From assembly GCA_030264375.1 (NCBI GenBank), contig JASCQW010000081.1, forward strand, positions 40,326,246 through 40,390,245: a stretch of DNA of 64,000 bases, in the 5' to 3' direction. Under the pieces are notes generated by a model. The model made no database searches. It was not told the origin of the DNA and saw nothing but the letters and a program-made list of their open reading frames with translations. Made by a program: the position numbers and the translations under genes. Shown piece by piece: positions 40,845 through 51,976 of the stretch (positions are counted from its first letter, which is position 1; the number at the start of each line of letters is the position of its first letter). Source of the DNA: Carcharhinus longimanus (lineage: Eukaryota).

Positions 40845-41220
40845 AATAATTTGAACTTGTGCAATGCCCTTCACATCCTCAGAATGTCCCGAAGTATGTC
40901 GGTCAACAAAATGTTTTGAGAATTGTTGTAATTTAGGAAATGCAACAGCCAATTTCCACACAGCAAGTTCCCACAAAATACAATGGGGTATCGAGCAGAT
41001 AATGTATTTCCAGTGACATTAATTGAAGGATTTATGTTGGCCACGACATCAGAAAAATCGTGGCTGAAAAGAAAAAATGCTGGAAATATCTTTCACAGAT
41101 GTAACTGACCTGAAACGTTAACTTTATTTCTTTCTTCACAGATGCTGCCTGACCTACTGAGTACTTTCTATATTTTCTATTTGTTCAGAATTCCTACATC
41201 TGTGATATTTTGCTTTTGTA
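40845..41220 (-). mobile_element. DeuSINE remnant (40845-41050) abutting a Penelope-terminus-like fragment (41067-41220)
   Basis: cacatcctcagaatgtccc...cagccaatttccacacagcaagttcccaca...gttggcca, then gacctgaaacgttaac...cacagatgctgcctgacct. Confidence 0.65.
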
Positions 41221-41714
41221 CCAGGAAAAACTCCGCTGTTCTTCACTTTTTGCTCATTGAGTCTGATTGTCTGCTTTAATTCGTCCCATAAAATAGGGTA
41301 CTTACTGCTCCATTACTCTCTATTGTGTCTCAACACTCATTACAACAACCCTGAGGCAAACTGTCCATTGACGCTCCTATACAAGGTTTCCTGGATAAAA
41401 TTCATGAAATGCGTGGTCCTGTTACATTTTCTTTGAGTTGTCCCTTGTTGTTATACAATCTGATATCCAAAGAGAGGGGAAGAATAAGGAGGAACATGTC
41501 ATTAGCTCAGGAAAGAAGCTATATATACTGTTGCTCATAACTAAATTAATTCAGCACTGAAGAGTTGCATGATATACTGTAGTTGGCCAGTTTTTCATTA
41601 GCTTAATCCTGTTCTCCTGGCAAAGCTGCCTGTCTCTTTGCTTTCACCAACTAAGTCAAATATCCCATCTCTAGACATCCAGCATGCCAGACAGAATTGA
41701 GCACAGAGGGAAGA

Positions 41715-42870
41715 GAATAACAAACCAAAGCAGGAGTAAGCGAGTCATCTATTTGAGCCTGCTCTGCCATTCAATAAAAGCATGATTACATTTCTACTAC
41801 AACTCCATCTTCCTGCATTATTCTCATATCCAGTAACTGCCTTGGTACCTAAAAACGTATCAATTTCGGTCTTGAATATACTCAAAGATTGAACATTGGC
41901 AATTCTGTGTGCTAAAGAATTCCAAAGATTCACAACACTAAGTAAGTTTCTCTTCATCTCAGTCCTAAATGATTAATGCCTTATTCTGAGATTGTGACTC
42001 CATGTTCTAGACATCTCATCAGGGAAACAGCCTCTCAGCCCCCATCCTATCTAGTCCTTTAAAAATTTTATGTTTCAATGAGATAACCTACCATTCTTCT
42101 AAATTTGACGAATTACAGGTTTAGTCTACACCATCAATTTACGGGGGGGGGGTGCGGTTTAGAACGGAGTTGAGGCGGAACTTCTTCACTCAAAGGGTGG
42201 TGAATCTCTGGAATTCTCTGCCCGTTGATGTGGTGGAGGCTACCTCGCTAAATNNNNNNNNNNNNNNNNNNNNNNNNNNNNNNNNNNNNNNNNNNNNNNN
42301 NNNNNNNNNNNNNNNNNNNNNNNNNNNNNNNNNNNNNNNNNNNNNNNNNNNNNATTGAATGGCGGGGCAGGCTCGAGGGGCTAGATGGCCTACTCCTGCT
42401 CCTATTTCTTATGTTCTTATGTTCTTATTTTCATTCTGGGAATTATTCTGGTGAACTTTTGTTGTAATCACTCCAAGGAAAGTATATTCCACACTCTAAA
42501 CCAAGGAGAAAAAGGAGACCAAAACCATACATAGTACCATATGTAAAGACTCATCAAGACCCCTCTATAATTGTAAAATTACATCTTTACGCTTAAATTC
42601 CAATCCTTTTGAAATAAAAGTTAATATACCCATTTGCCTTCCTAAGTGCTTGCTATGCCTACATGATAACTTTTGCGATTTTTGTACAACGGCTCCAAGG
42701 TCCCTCTGAATACCAACATTTCCCAGTTCTCACCCCATTTTAAAAATATTCTGCATTTTTATTTCCTCAAACAAAGTGGGGAACTTCATACTTGCCTACA
42801 TTATATTTCATCTTCCAATCTGCAGTCCACTCTCTACCAGCCTAAATTCTTTTGCAGCCCTTTTGCATCC
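41715..42870 (-). mobile_element. Old CR1 LINE fragment interrupted by a younger opposite-strand CR1
   Basis: Minus frame MKRNLLSVVNLWNSL...IFKTEIDTFLG. Antisense CR1 sequence resumes after 42430. Confidence 0.75.
42143..42428 (+). mobile_element. Young CR1 3' end with (ttcttatg)n tail
   Basis: RFRTELRRNFFTQRVVNLWNSLP, then tail ggcctactcctgctcctatttcttatgttcttatgttcttat. CpGs are retained. Confidence 0.88.
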
Positions 42871-45800
42871 TCCTTTCACAAAATTAGGCAAAAAAGTAAG
42901 GTATCATCAGCAAACGTATCTGTGCCCCCTGCCCCCGATACTTCTAATTAAGGTCAGGAAGTTGCCATTAGATATTATGCAGAATATGAGAAAATCAATG
43001 TGCTGCACTACTGAAAGCACTCCAAACTCTTCCGAGGAAGCCCAAATCAGTATACAGTATAGCGTAGAAAGAGTTAATGCTAATAATGGACCCAAGTCTC
43101 AAGCATGCAGTCCACTGCAAATCTGTAAAGCGATCCTTAATTCTGAAGTCTTTTGGAGTGCATGAAACACAATGTACCAATGCTCTCTTCCCAACTGCCA
43201 GCAGCTGCGGGCACTCCGTTGCATTATGGGATGCCAAGGCAGTTTTTCAAGCCCAAGTCTCAGAGTGCTGTGCATTACAGACCAAGTAGAGGCTCTATTT
43301 CTTCTGTTGATTGAGTTTTACAGTGTATTGATTGTTCTGACTTCAACCATCAAGTTGTATATGCAGCAGTATCTGCCCAGCTCTAAATGAAAGGACAAGG
43401 CATTTAGCAGCTCCATCTGCCAGAGTGCTTCTTTTTAAACATGTACAATACTGAATAAATCAGGACTGGGGCTTCATCATGAACCTGTTTTAGTTTGCTG
43501 GTAGAAGTTAAAAAGCAGCTTGCAGTCACTGTTGCTACTGACTAAACAGATGGAGTGACTAAATGCTTTACTGTTTCATGCTTTGATTTAAAGTTAGGTA
43601 GGGCATTTAATAGTATCATGATGCTGACAGTTCTAGATAAATCCCTTTAATTTGAGCACAAAGAAACTATTTGGATATAAATCAGATAACTTGGGGAAAA
43701 GTACATTACTTAAAAATGCTTCCAGGACATGTGCTCTTACACCAACAATTTAATTGATAAAATAATTTTCTATACACGCTTTTAAAATATTTTCAAGTTA
43801 TTTTACTATGTAGAGTATTTATAAACACACATTTTGCATATATATAACGCAATCTTTAATTCTTACTTCATCTGTTAAATGTTCAGCATGATTGTCCTTA
43901 CAACGAAGCCTTGAACTACTTCAAAAGACTGACAGGTAAAATGCTATTTTATTCTATTTTGGAACAGAATACTCACTAAAATGGAGACATTCTCAATAAC
44001 CAGGATGATATCAAGCAATTGGACAATTTATGCTCAAATTCAAAACAATGTTAATAGAAAGTGTACTGTGACTACCGCAGGAAACCTGCACCCAATGACG
44101 ACTGAAACTGTACTTTCATTTGAAAGTACAGTCGCCAAATTAAGGTAAAGCTTTCTTATTTAAAACTGGAAGTATTATAGTTGCACTTCAAAAGATTTAA
44201 GGGATTGGCAGCAGTAGTTTACTTAACAAGTACAAAAGATCCTAATTCATGAACATCAGAGGCATGAGTGAATTAACAGGGCTTCTCACACATAAAACAT
44301 AGCCTCCAGTTGTTGCCTTTCCTCACCTGCACACCCCATCCCTCACACAAGGAGCAGTGTCCCCGAGTATCATAGAAGAATGCAGGACAATGAATGGCAC
44401 TTCCATTGCAACTGATGCTCTTGTGACATGACTCGGTGTTGCATACTATGGTTGATACTTAAAACATAATGTAGAGTGGTGGAGAAGGTGGAAAGAACAA
44501 ATGTTTTAAAAATCTTATATAAAAGATGCCTATTTGTTTTTGAATGCGCGGTTCAGGAAGTTTATCAATTCAGCAAAAGATATCAAAAATGTTCAGATTT
44601 TAAGAAAGCAAAACAGACTTAAAGTCAGTAAAATAATATAATTCTGTCATTAGTGGTTTTGTTATGATGGTAAAATAATGATAGGTCAATTAACATACAT
44701 TCCATAAACATAAAACATATCACCATCCTAGAATGCATGATTCTGATCAGAACTGCTACAAGTCAAGAAGTTCCCATGGCAATACAAACCTTCACATTGT
44801 TTGACACACCCTACCGTCCACNNNNNNNNNNTAACCCATCTGTTCAGACTCCCTCCCCCCACCCCATCTTATCCAAAGAGGTAATTAGATGAACACGGCA
44901 GTTTCTGGCTAGTTCTCAGCCCTTGCAAAACTACAGATGAACTGTCTGACTACAATTCAAATGCAGTCCTCATCAAGTTCAAGTACAATCAAAGTCTACA
45001 CAATAAAGGCAGTGCAGTGGCTCGCGTTCTCCTGGCAGGGGCTTAAGACAATGAACGTCTTGTTAGAAGGCATCTGAATACAAAGAGTCTATTCTCAGCT
45101 GTTAGCTGAAGCTGCTATTAAGGAATGAGGAAAAAAAATCTCAACCTATTAAGGTCTGACTAGCTTCAGCCTTTATGCATGCCTCCCTGAAAAACTTTAA
45201 TAGAAATATAACCCTTGCTATACCAGAAGAAGTAATGTGAAATTAATCCAGAAAATATAATGTCTCTCCCTACTGAATCGAAATTCCACATCCCATTTGA
45301 AAAAAAACAGAAAATTGCAAATTAAAATAAGAAAAGGTAACTCAATCTAATTTAACTTTTAACTGAGTTTGGATTTGGATCTGCTTTTAGAATTTAGTAA
45401 ACTGAAGTGGTCAGCGAGTTTAGAGAATTAAATTTACTAGACACCAATACAAAATATTAAAAAGTTTACTTTATAGGCACCAGTCATACATTCACAGACA
45501 AAGATGTGAATGCAAAATGACAGCAATTAATTAGTTATCCTTTAACCACCTGCATCATGATACAAATTCCAAAGTACATCCTGACAGGAAAACACTAGAT
45601 TCATGGGAAAATATATCAGTCATTGGTAAAGAAAATTTGCAGCATTGAGGTTCCATGAAGGAATATCCATAAGATAATATCGCTGCTTCAATACCTGATA
45701 AATATGGCCAGGAATATAGACATATACACACACACATATATACACTTACTAACTACCAAATGAGTTTGCTTAAAGAATAAAAATATCGGCATCAATATAA

Positions 45801-46149
45801 TATAAACTACAAATAAACGTGCCAATTGAGTAAAATTAAGCATCCAATTTTCTATTTTGTCTGAAAGCAGAACCATATAAATAAAGTTCTGGCAGGAGAT
45901 GATGACTGTGCAAATGATTAAATTTCTATGCCCAAATTATCACCAAAAAACATTCCAGTACTCGATAACCTGAGGTTAGGATGGAATTAATTTAAATATA
46001 TCATGAAGTCAGAGAGATGCAGTTAGCACATCTCAAATCTGAAGCACACAAACACAAATTTTGAATTTTTTTTTAGATATTCAAAGATACTTATGAGATT
46101 CATGTACCTTTTTATTGTGGTACTTGAAGGGCAATTTTATGCTTTTGGA

Positions 46150-47457
46150 GTCGACACTGGTGCTCTATCCTTGGCCTTCTCTTATTTCTCATCTACATGC
46201 CGTCCCTCAACAACATCATCTAAAAAAAAGCAGCAGTTTCCACATGTAAGCTGATGGCACCCAGCTCTACCTCTAACATTCTTAACTATTCCAATGTACA
46301 TTCTCTTGATACTCTGTTGTCTCAAAAGTGTCAAGTGGCAGAGTGGTTAGCACTGCTGCCTCTCAGTGCCAGGAATGTCGGTCCAATTCCAGTTTGCATG
46401 TTCTCCCCACGTCTATGTGCATTTTGTCCAGGTGCTCTAGTTTATTCTCACAACCCAAAGATGTGCAGGTTAAGTGGATTGGCCCTTTAGTGTAAGGGGG
46501 ATTAGTGAGGTAATACATGAGGTTACGGGGATAAAACCTTGGTGGGATTGTCGTCAGTGCAGGCTCAAAGGGCCAAATGGCCTTCTTCTGCACGGTAGGG
46601 ATTCTATAATTCTATTGCTTGCGTCATATTTGACTCAAGTTGAACTTCAGGCTGCATATCTGTACCATCATCAAGGCTGCCTGCTTCCACTTTTCTAATC
46701 TCTGGCCTGCCCCAGCTCATTTGGTGCGGAAACACCCATCTATGCCTTTGCTAATTCTAAACTTGACTATTCTAACACTTTCCCAGCAAGCCTCCCACAT
46801 TCTACTCCACATATATATTGGAGGTCACCTAATGCCCTGCTGCCTCATTCCTAATCAACTTAGCTTCTCATTCTTTAATACAGCACTCAAGTGATTTATC
46901 CAATTGCAAGGACCCTTTAAATTTCTTTGCATGTCTGTCTATGCAAGTTAATTCAAAGGGGTCAACTTCTGTCCAACTAATGCAGCCCTGCAGCTTACAA
47001 GAAACATTGGTCCTAAACTACAACATGTCCTGTTCACTCCTGTGCTCACTGATCTGCATTGACTCCTGGGTAAGCAACACCTCAATTTCAAGGTTCTCTT
47101 TCTTATTTTCAAAGCCCTCCAAAGCCTCACCCCTCCTTACTTCTGTATTCTCTTCCCGCCCTACAACCCTCAAGAGTTTTCTGCACTCCTGCAATTCTGG
47201 TCTCCAACATCCCCGATTTCAATCACTTCACCACTAGCTGCTGTCTCTTCAATTGCTTGGCACTAAACTCTAGAATTCCCTCCCTATAACTCTACTTCTC
47301 TTTTAAGACACTATTTAAAACTGACCTTTGTTTTGATCGCTTGCCCCAATATCTCCTTATGTGGCTGAGTTTGAATTTTGTTTGATCGTGCTGCTGTGAA
47401 GTGGTTGGGATGTTTTGCCACATTAAGAGTGTTATCCAAATACAAGTTGTTGTTGTC
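46150..47457 (+). mobile_element. Decayed L2 LINE (RT region to 3' tail), interrupted by a SINE
   Basis: ttccacatgtaagctgatggcacccagctctacctc encodes FHM*ADGTQLYL (YADDTQLY motif). aaacttgactattctaac encodes KLDYSN. Tail aaatacaagttgttgttg. Confidence 0.8.
46335..46614 (+). mobile_element. HE1-like V-SINE nested in L2
   Basis: gtggcagagtggttagcactgctgcctctcagtgccagg...cccaaagatgtgcaggtta...gggattctataattcta. Confidence 0.85.
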
Positions 47458-47600
47458 ATTGTTTGAAGCAATTAGTTAGTGCAGCTAAAGGAATTGGTCA
47501 CTAAGTCTCATCTGACTAAAAAAATCCATCTGAATGTGGCAACATAGCCAACTCACCCCTACCGCAGAACTGCTGAGCTGAACCTGGAACTAATAGTGGA

Positions 47601-48020
47601 GGAAAAACAGAAAATGCTGGAAAATCCTAGTAGGTCTGACAGCATCTGTGGGGAGAGAATAGACCCAACACTTCAAGTCTAAGTTACTCTTCGTCAGAGT
47701 TGACAAAGCTCCAATGAAGGGTCATCTAGACTCAAAACGTTGGATTTGGTCTCTCCCCACAGGTGCTGTCAGGCCTGCTGAGATTTTCCAGCATTTTCTG
47801 TTTTNNNNNNNNNNNNNNNNNNNNNNNNNNNNNNNNNNNNNNNNNNNNNNNNNNNNNNNNNNNNNNNNNNNNNNNNNNNNNNNNNNNNNNNNNNNNNNNN
47901 NNNNAGACTCAAAACGTTGGATTTGGTCTCTCCCCACAGGTGCTGTCAGGCCTGCTGAGATTTTCCAGCATTTTCTGTTTTTGTTTCAGATTGTTTCATC
48001 TGCAATATTTTGCTTTTATA
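47601..48020. mobile_element. Fold-back (palindromic) Penelope-terminus-like element
   Basis: aaaacagaaaatgctggaaaatc...ctgacagcatctgtggggagaga is inverted by tctccccacaggtgctgtcagg...gattttccagcattttctgtttt. The right arm is duplicated around a 100-N gap. Confidence 0.75.
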
Positions 48021-50094
48021 CTAATTGTGGAGGGGTTACTTGGGTGTTTGTGCTTTCACCTAATTCTGGCAATTGTTATACAATTTGTAGAATATTTCAC
48101 GTACAAAATTTAATTATGATGCAATGTAACTGTTGGGTTTATAAATGACATCGGCATTTATACCTCATATACATAATATGTGTACATAATTAGCAAGGAC
48201 TGGGATGCTTCTGAACAAATCACTTTTAACTTTGTATATTTACAATAATTCACCAAGGGGAAAAATATCTATTTCATAGCGCCTGGATCTGTAACCTCAT
48301 TGTGTTGTCTTCTGCTCCTCATTTGTGGCTTTCAGGGTCTTGCCAAACACATTTATATAATTTGCTATAATGACAAACTATAACTGTTTTATTCAAATTT
48401 TTAATTATTACAAGGAGAATGAAGTTAATTTCATGAACTACCTGTAGCAATGAGTCAGCTCATTAAATGTTCTGAGTGTAAGCTTCAACTTTTGCATCTT
48501 TTCCTCTCCAATCACTTTTCACTTAGAATATATGTGGGAAAAAGGATTAGTTTCTGCATGATGGAATAATCAAAAAAAAACATCCCCCCACCCCAACTGT
48601 TCTCTATTTTTTGTACACCCTTCCTGACCCAAACATAATGTTAATGCTTGGAGAAGAGCAGTTACCATAGAAACAATCCAAAGCTGTTCCAGAGGGTCGT
48701 CTTGTGGGTAGATTTGAAGTCATTCAATCGATGCCAATCAATGAGAACATTCTTTCCCGTGCCAAGTAATTCCAACTGTATTTAAATCAGTACTGTACAC
48801 GAGTTTTCTTAACCTTTAACTGGCCAACGATTTATTTTAATATACAGTCCAAATCTCCATGCAGCATTTTTAGGGTTAATGAAGACAACTAGTAAATCAC
48901 AAAAAGTAGACTTGAGTAGACTGCCAACACACTTTTCTTTTTTGGATCCAAGCAATTGTGATTTCTCCAACAGACTGAAGTTCCGAAACATTTATTCATA
49001 TTTCAATATGAACTGAGTCATTCCAATGCTAAATAATAGCTTGTCTGTTGGCTACCTTTACAACTGGTTCCACAAATCTGATCAAACACAAGCTTTCACC
49101 TGATTGCCAGGTGAGGAGTCAATAGGAATTCACCAAAGACACAGGACAAAACCTACTGTGTGCTGAAGGTTAACAGTGGTACGGTACGCAGAGGCTTCAA
49201 GGTTGTAATTTTACCGGGTAACAATTATGGTCTGATGCTAAACAGTGGTTGAGTGACATTTTTTGATCTAAATGATGGTAAAGTGCTATTTCAGTTCAAC
49301 TAAATTTTCTGAGTATAAGTTTCTTTCAATTAATTTATCTATTCCTACAGTTATTGTACTTGATGACAATTTACTTCATTGGAAGATATTTCTTTAGTCA
49401 ACATTATGAAGGCAAAGTGCCAGTTAATTGCATCACATGTTAACTAACTTACAAATACTATTTGACAAATTTTAAGCAGCCATGATGACATACACAAATG
49501 AAAAAGACAGTACTTAAGCAGTTAACGCTCACAACTGTGTGTCCAAATTCATAGACCACATCTCTTCACAGTTACTTCCTCCTTTCTCCAAAACTACAAC
49601 AACTCCCAAAGCATTGGTTTGATCGCAGTTTTGCAAAACACAATCACATTTTTCTACTGACATTAAAGAGCGTTTGGTAAATTATTATAGCAGCCAGATA
49701 TAGCAGATATTATAGACCCTTTGTGTCTGCTGTGAAATCAATCTGATATTTTTTAAATCAGCATTCAAGATTTTAATCAATGCTTTCTCATTTTTCTTTT
49801 CAATGCTTTGGGAGAGCAGGGCTACTTAGCTGTTCTCGGGAATATTGCTCTCTGTATATTTAAGGCTGAAAGTACTGTGCCAGAATAAAACAAGTAATAA
49901 CAAGTGAGAAAATAACAATTTAATTTCAGATGTAGATTAATGCGATACATGTGGTTCAGTGATTGTAAAACGTAGGCTCAAAGCATTTGTTTCAAATTAC
50001 CACAAGCAACACTTAAATTTACTGAGGCAGTAACAAAAATTAAAGTTAGTTGGTCAGAGAAATCCAAGCGGTCACCCTGGCAAAATGTATTCTT

Positions 50095-50253
50095 AGCAAT
50101 CGCTAGGTGGTCAAACCACATTGCTGTGTTTATGGAGTCACATGTAGGCTAACCTGGGTTAGAATGGAAGATTTTCTTCCCTAAACGAAATTAGTTAACC
50201 AGATTTTTACGACAATTGACAATGTTTTCATGGTCAATTCATGATTTTTATTG
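50095..50253. mobile_element. Fragment of an interspersed repeat, family uncertain
   Basis: ccacattgctgtg..tggagtcacatgtaggc...ttcttccctaaa...attagttaaccagatttttacgacaat, which I recall as a common shark repeat. Confidence 0.45.
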
Positions 50254-51849
50254 NNNNNNNNNNNNNNNNNNNNNNNNNNNNNNNNNNNNNNNNNNNNNNN
50301 NNNNNNNNNNNNNNNNNNNNNNNNNNNNNNNNNNNNNNNNNNNNNNNNNNNNNCACATTCCACAACTCCCGACTCAATTTTCTTCTGAAGCCAGTGTTGC
50401 TCGTGAGCAGTTTCATTTTCAAGGGCAAAGGTACATTTGATTTATACTTTAACATTATGATAGATTTATTTTAAAAGCAAATATTTTACTTTTCATAGAA
50501 GTTTCCAGCATTTTATCTTAATAGGTACCAATGACTCAATTTTCAACCATTTGTCAATCTCCTGCGTGGAAATCCTCGACACATGTAGCTCTGTGACCTG
50601 CACTCCAAACTTTAATTATTTTCTTAAATTTTCTATATTTTAAATCATAATACAGAGCTGAGCATCATGAAATAACTTTCATGTACCACAGGTGATGAGA
50701 ATAGAAGGCAAAGTCTTTACAATCATTAAAAATTCACTTTGCAACATTTAATCCCCAGGAAATGTTATTATTAAAAAGGCAGATTCTGGAAAAAAAATCA
50801 ATTTTATTGAGAAATAAAATGGAGAGAATAGCAGCAAACAACCCAGTTGTTAAAATGATTAGTTCAAGGAACTGTTGAAGTTAAATTACTAAAACTAACA
50901 GACATGTTAAAAGTGGTCTGTCCTATCTGTATGCGCTCCCACTTAAATCCCAATGCCTGTTGGAGGTGCATGTCAAATTTTGACGCAAGCTCTTGCGTAA
51001 TAGCTCCTTCAGTTATAAATGGAAAGGGGCAAATTAATCACAGCTTTACATATCTACCTCACCTATTTTGTACAACACATCAATTTTAAGATCAGCAGTA
51101 TTTTTATATTTGAATTCAGAATACATAGTTGTTGACATAACAAATATTTGTTTCTTTCTTTAGAAATATTTTTATATATAAATAGAACTGCTAGTTAAGT
51201 ATATTTTTTTCCTTGGCCATATTATTCATAAAATATACACTCAGTAATATTAACATTATTATTGAATTACTAAACCAGTTGCTACAATGGATTTATTTAA
51301 TTGGACAAGAAGAATTTAGCTCGAGTATTACCAAATTGACAATATTTCCCAAGTTGCACCACTCAATTCATGTTTTGAAAAAATTAAGTTTAGTCTAACC
51401 CTGATTTTTGGCCAAGATTACACTACGTGGCCCACCAGAAGAAGATATTATATCCTTGCATTATTTGAGAAAGTATGAAAGGGAATTGTTTCCTAATGAA
51501 AGGGGCATTATGTTTATTACATGCAAAAATACCACTGCCCAGTTAATAATTGAATAAAAGGTTCAATTGATTTGGATTGAGGGAGAAAAGAACTTATTAA
51601 ACATCCAAAACTTCTCATCGTCTTCTGTAAAAGAGCTAACTGCTAAATTTGATGAAGTTCTAGATGGCTGAAAAAGTGGCCTAGTTGAAAAAGTTGAAGG
51701 TGAGGATCCAATCCAGACTAAACACCAATAAGTTAGAGGTATTAAAATAAATAAGTCTCTTAGTAAACACATAAATCTTCATTTGTTTTTCTATAGACAT
51801 CAAATAGCAATAATTTTCATTGGAATCAAGACTAATTGTTCAAGACTTT

Positions 51850-51976
51850 GGCCCCGATTTTACCGACACGGGCTGCCCTGAAATCAGGGCGGGCGAGGCT
51901 CACAGATTGGCATTCCTCGTTGGCCTTGAGCACCATCTTATGAGCCCTGGGCAGCAATGCCGGTAAAATCAAAGCC
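51850..51976 (-). mobile_element. 127-bp MITE-like element (family A) with TTT flanks
   Basis: TIRs ggccccgattttaccg and cggtaaaatcaaagcc (13/16), with ttt on both sides. Its reverse complement aligns with 21475-21589. Confidence 0.78.
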
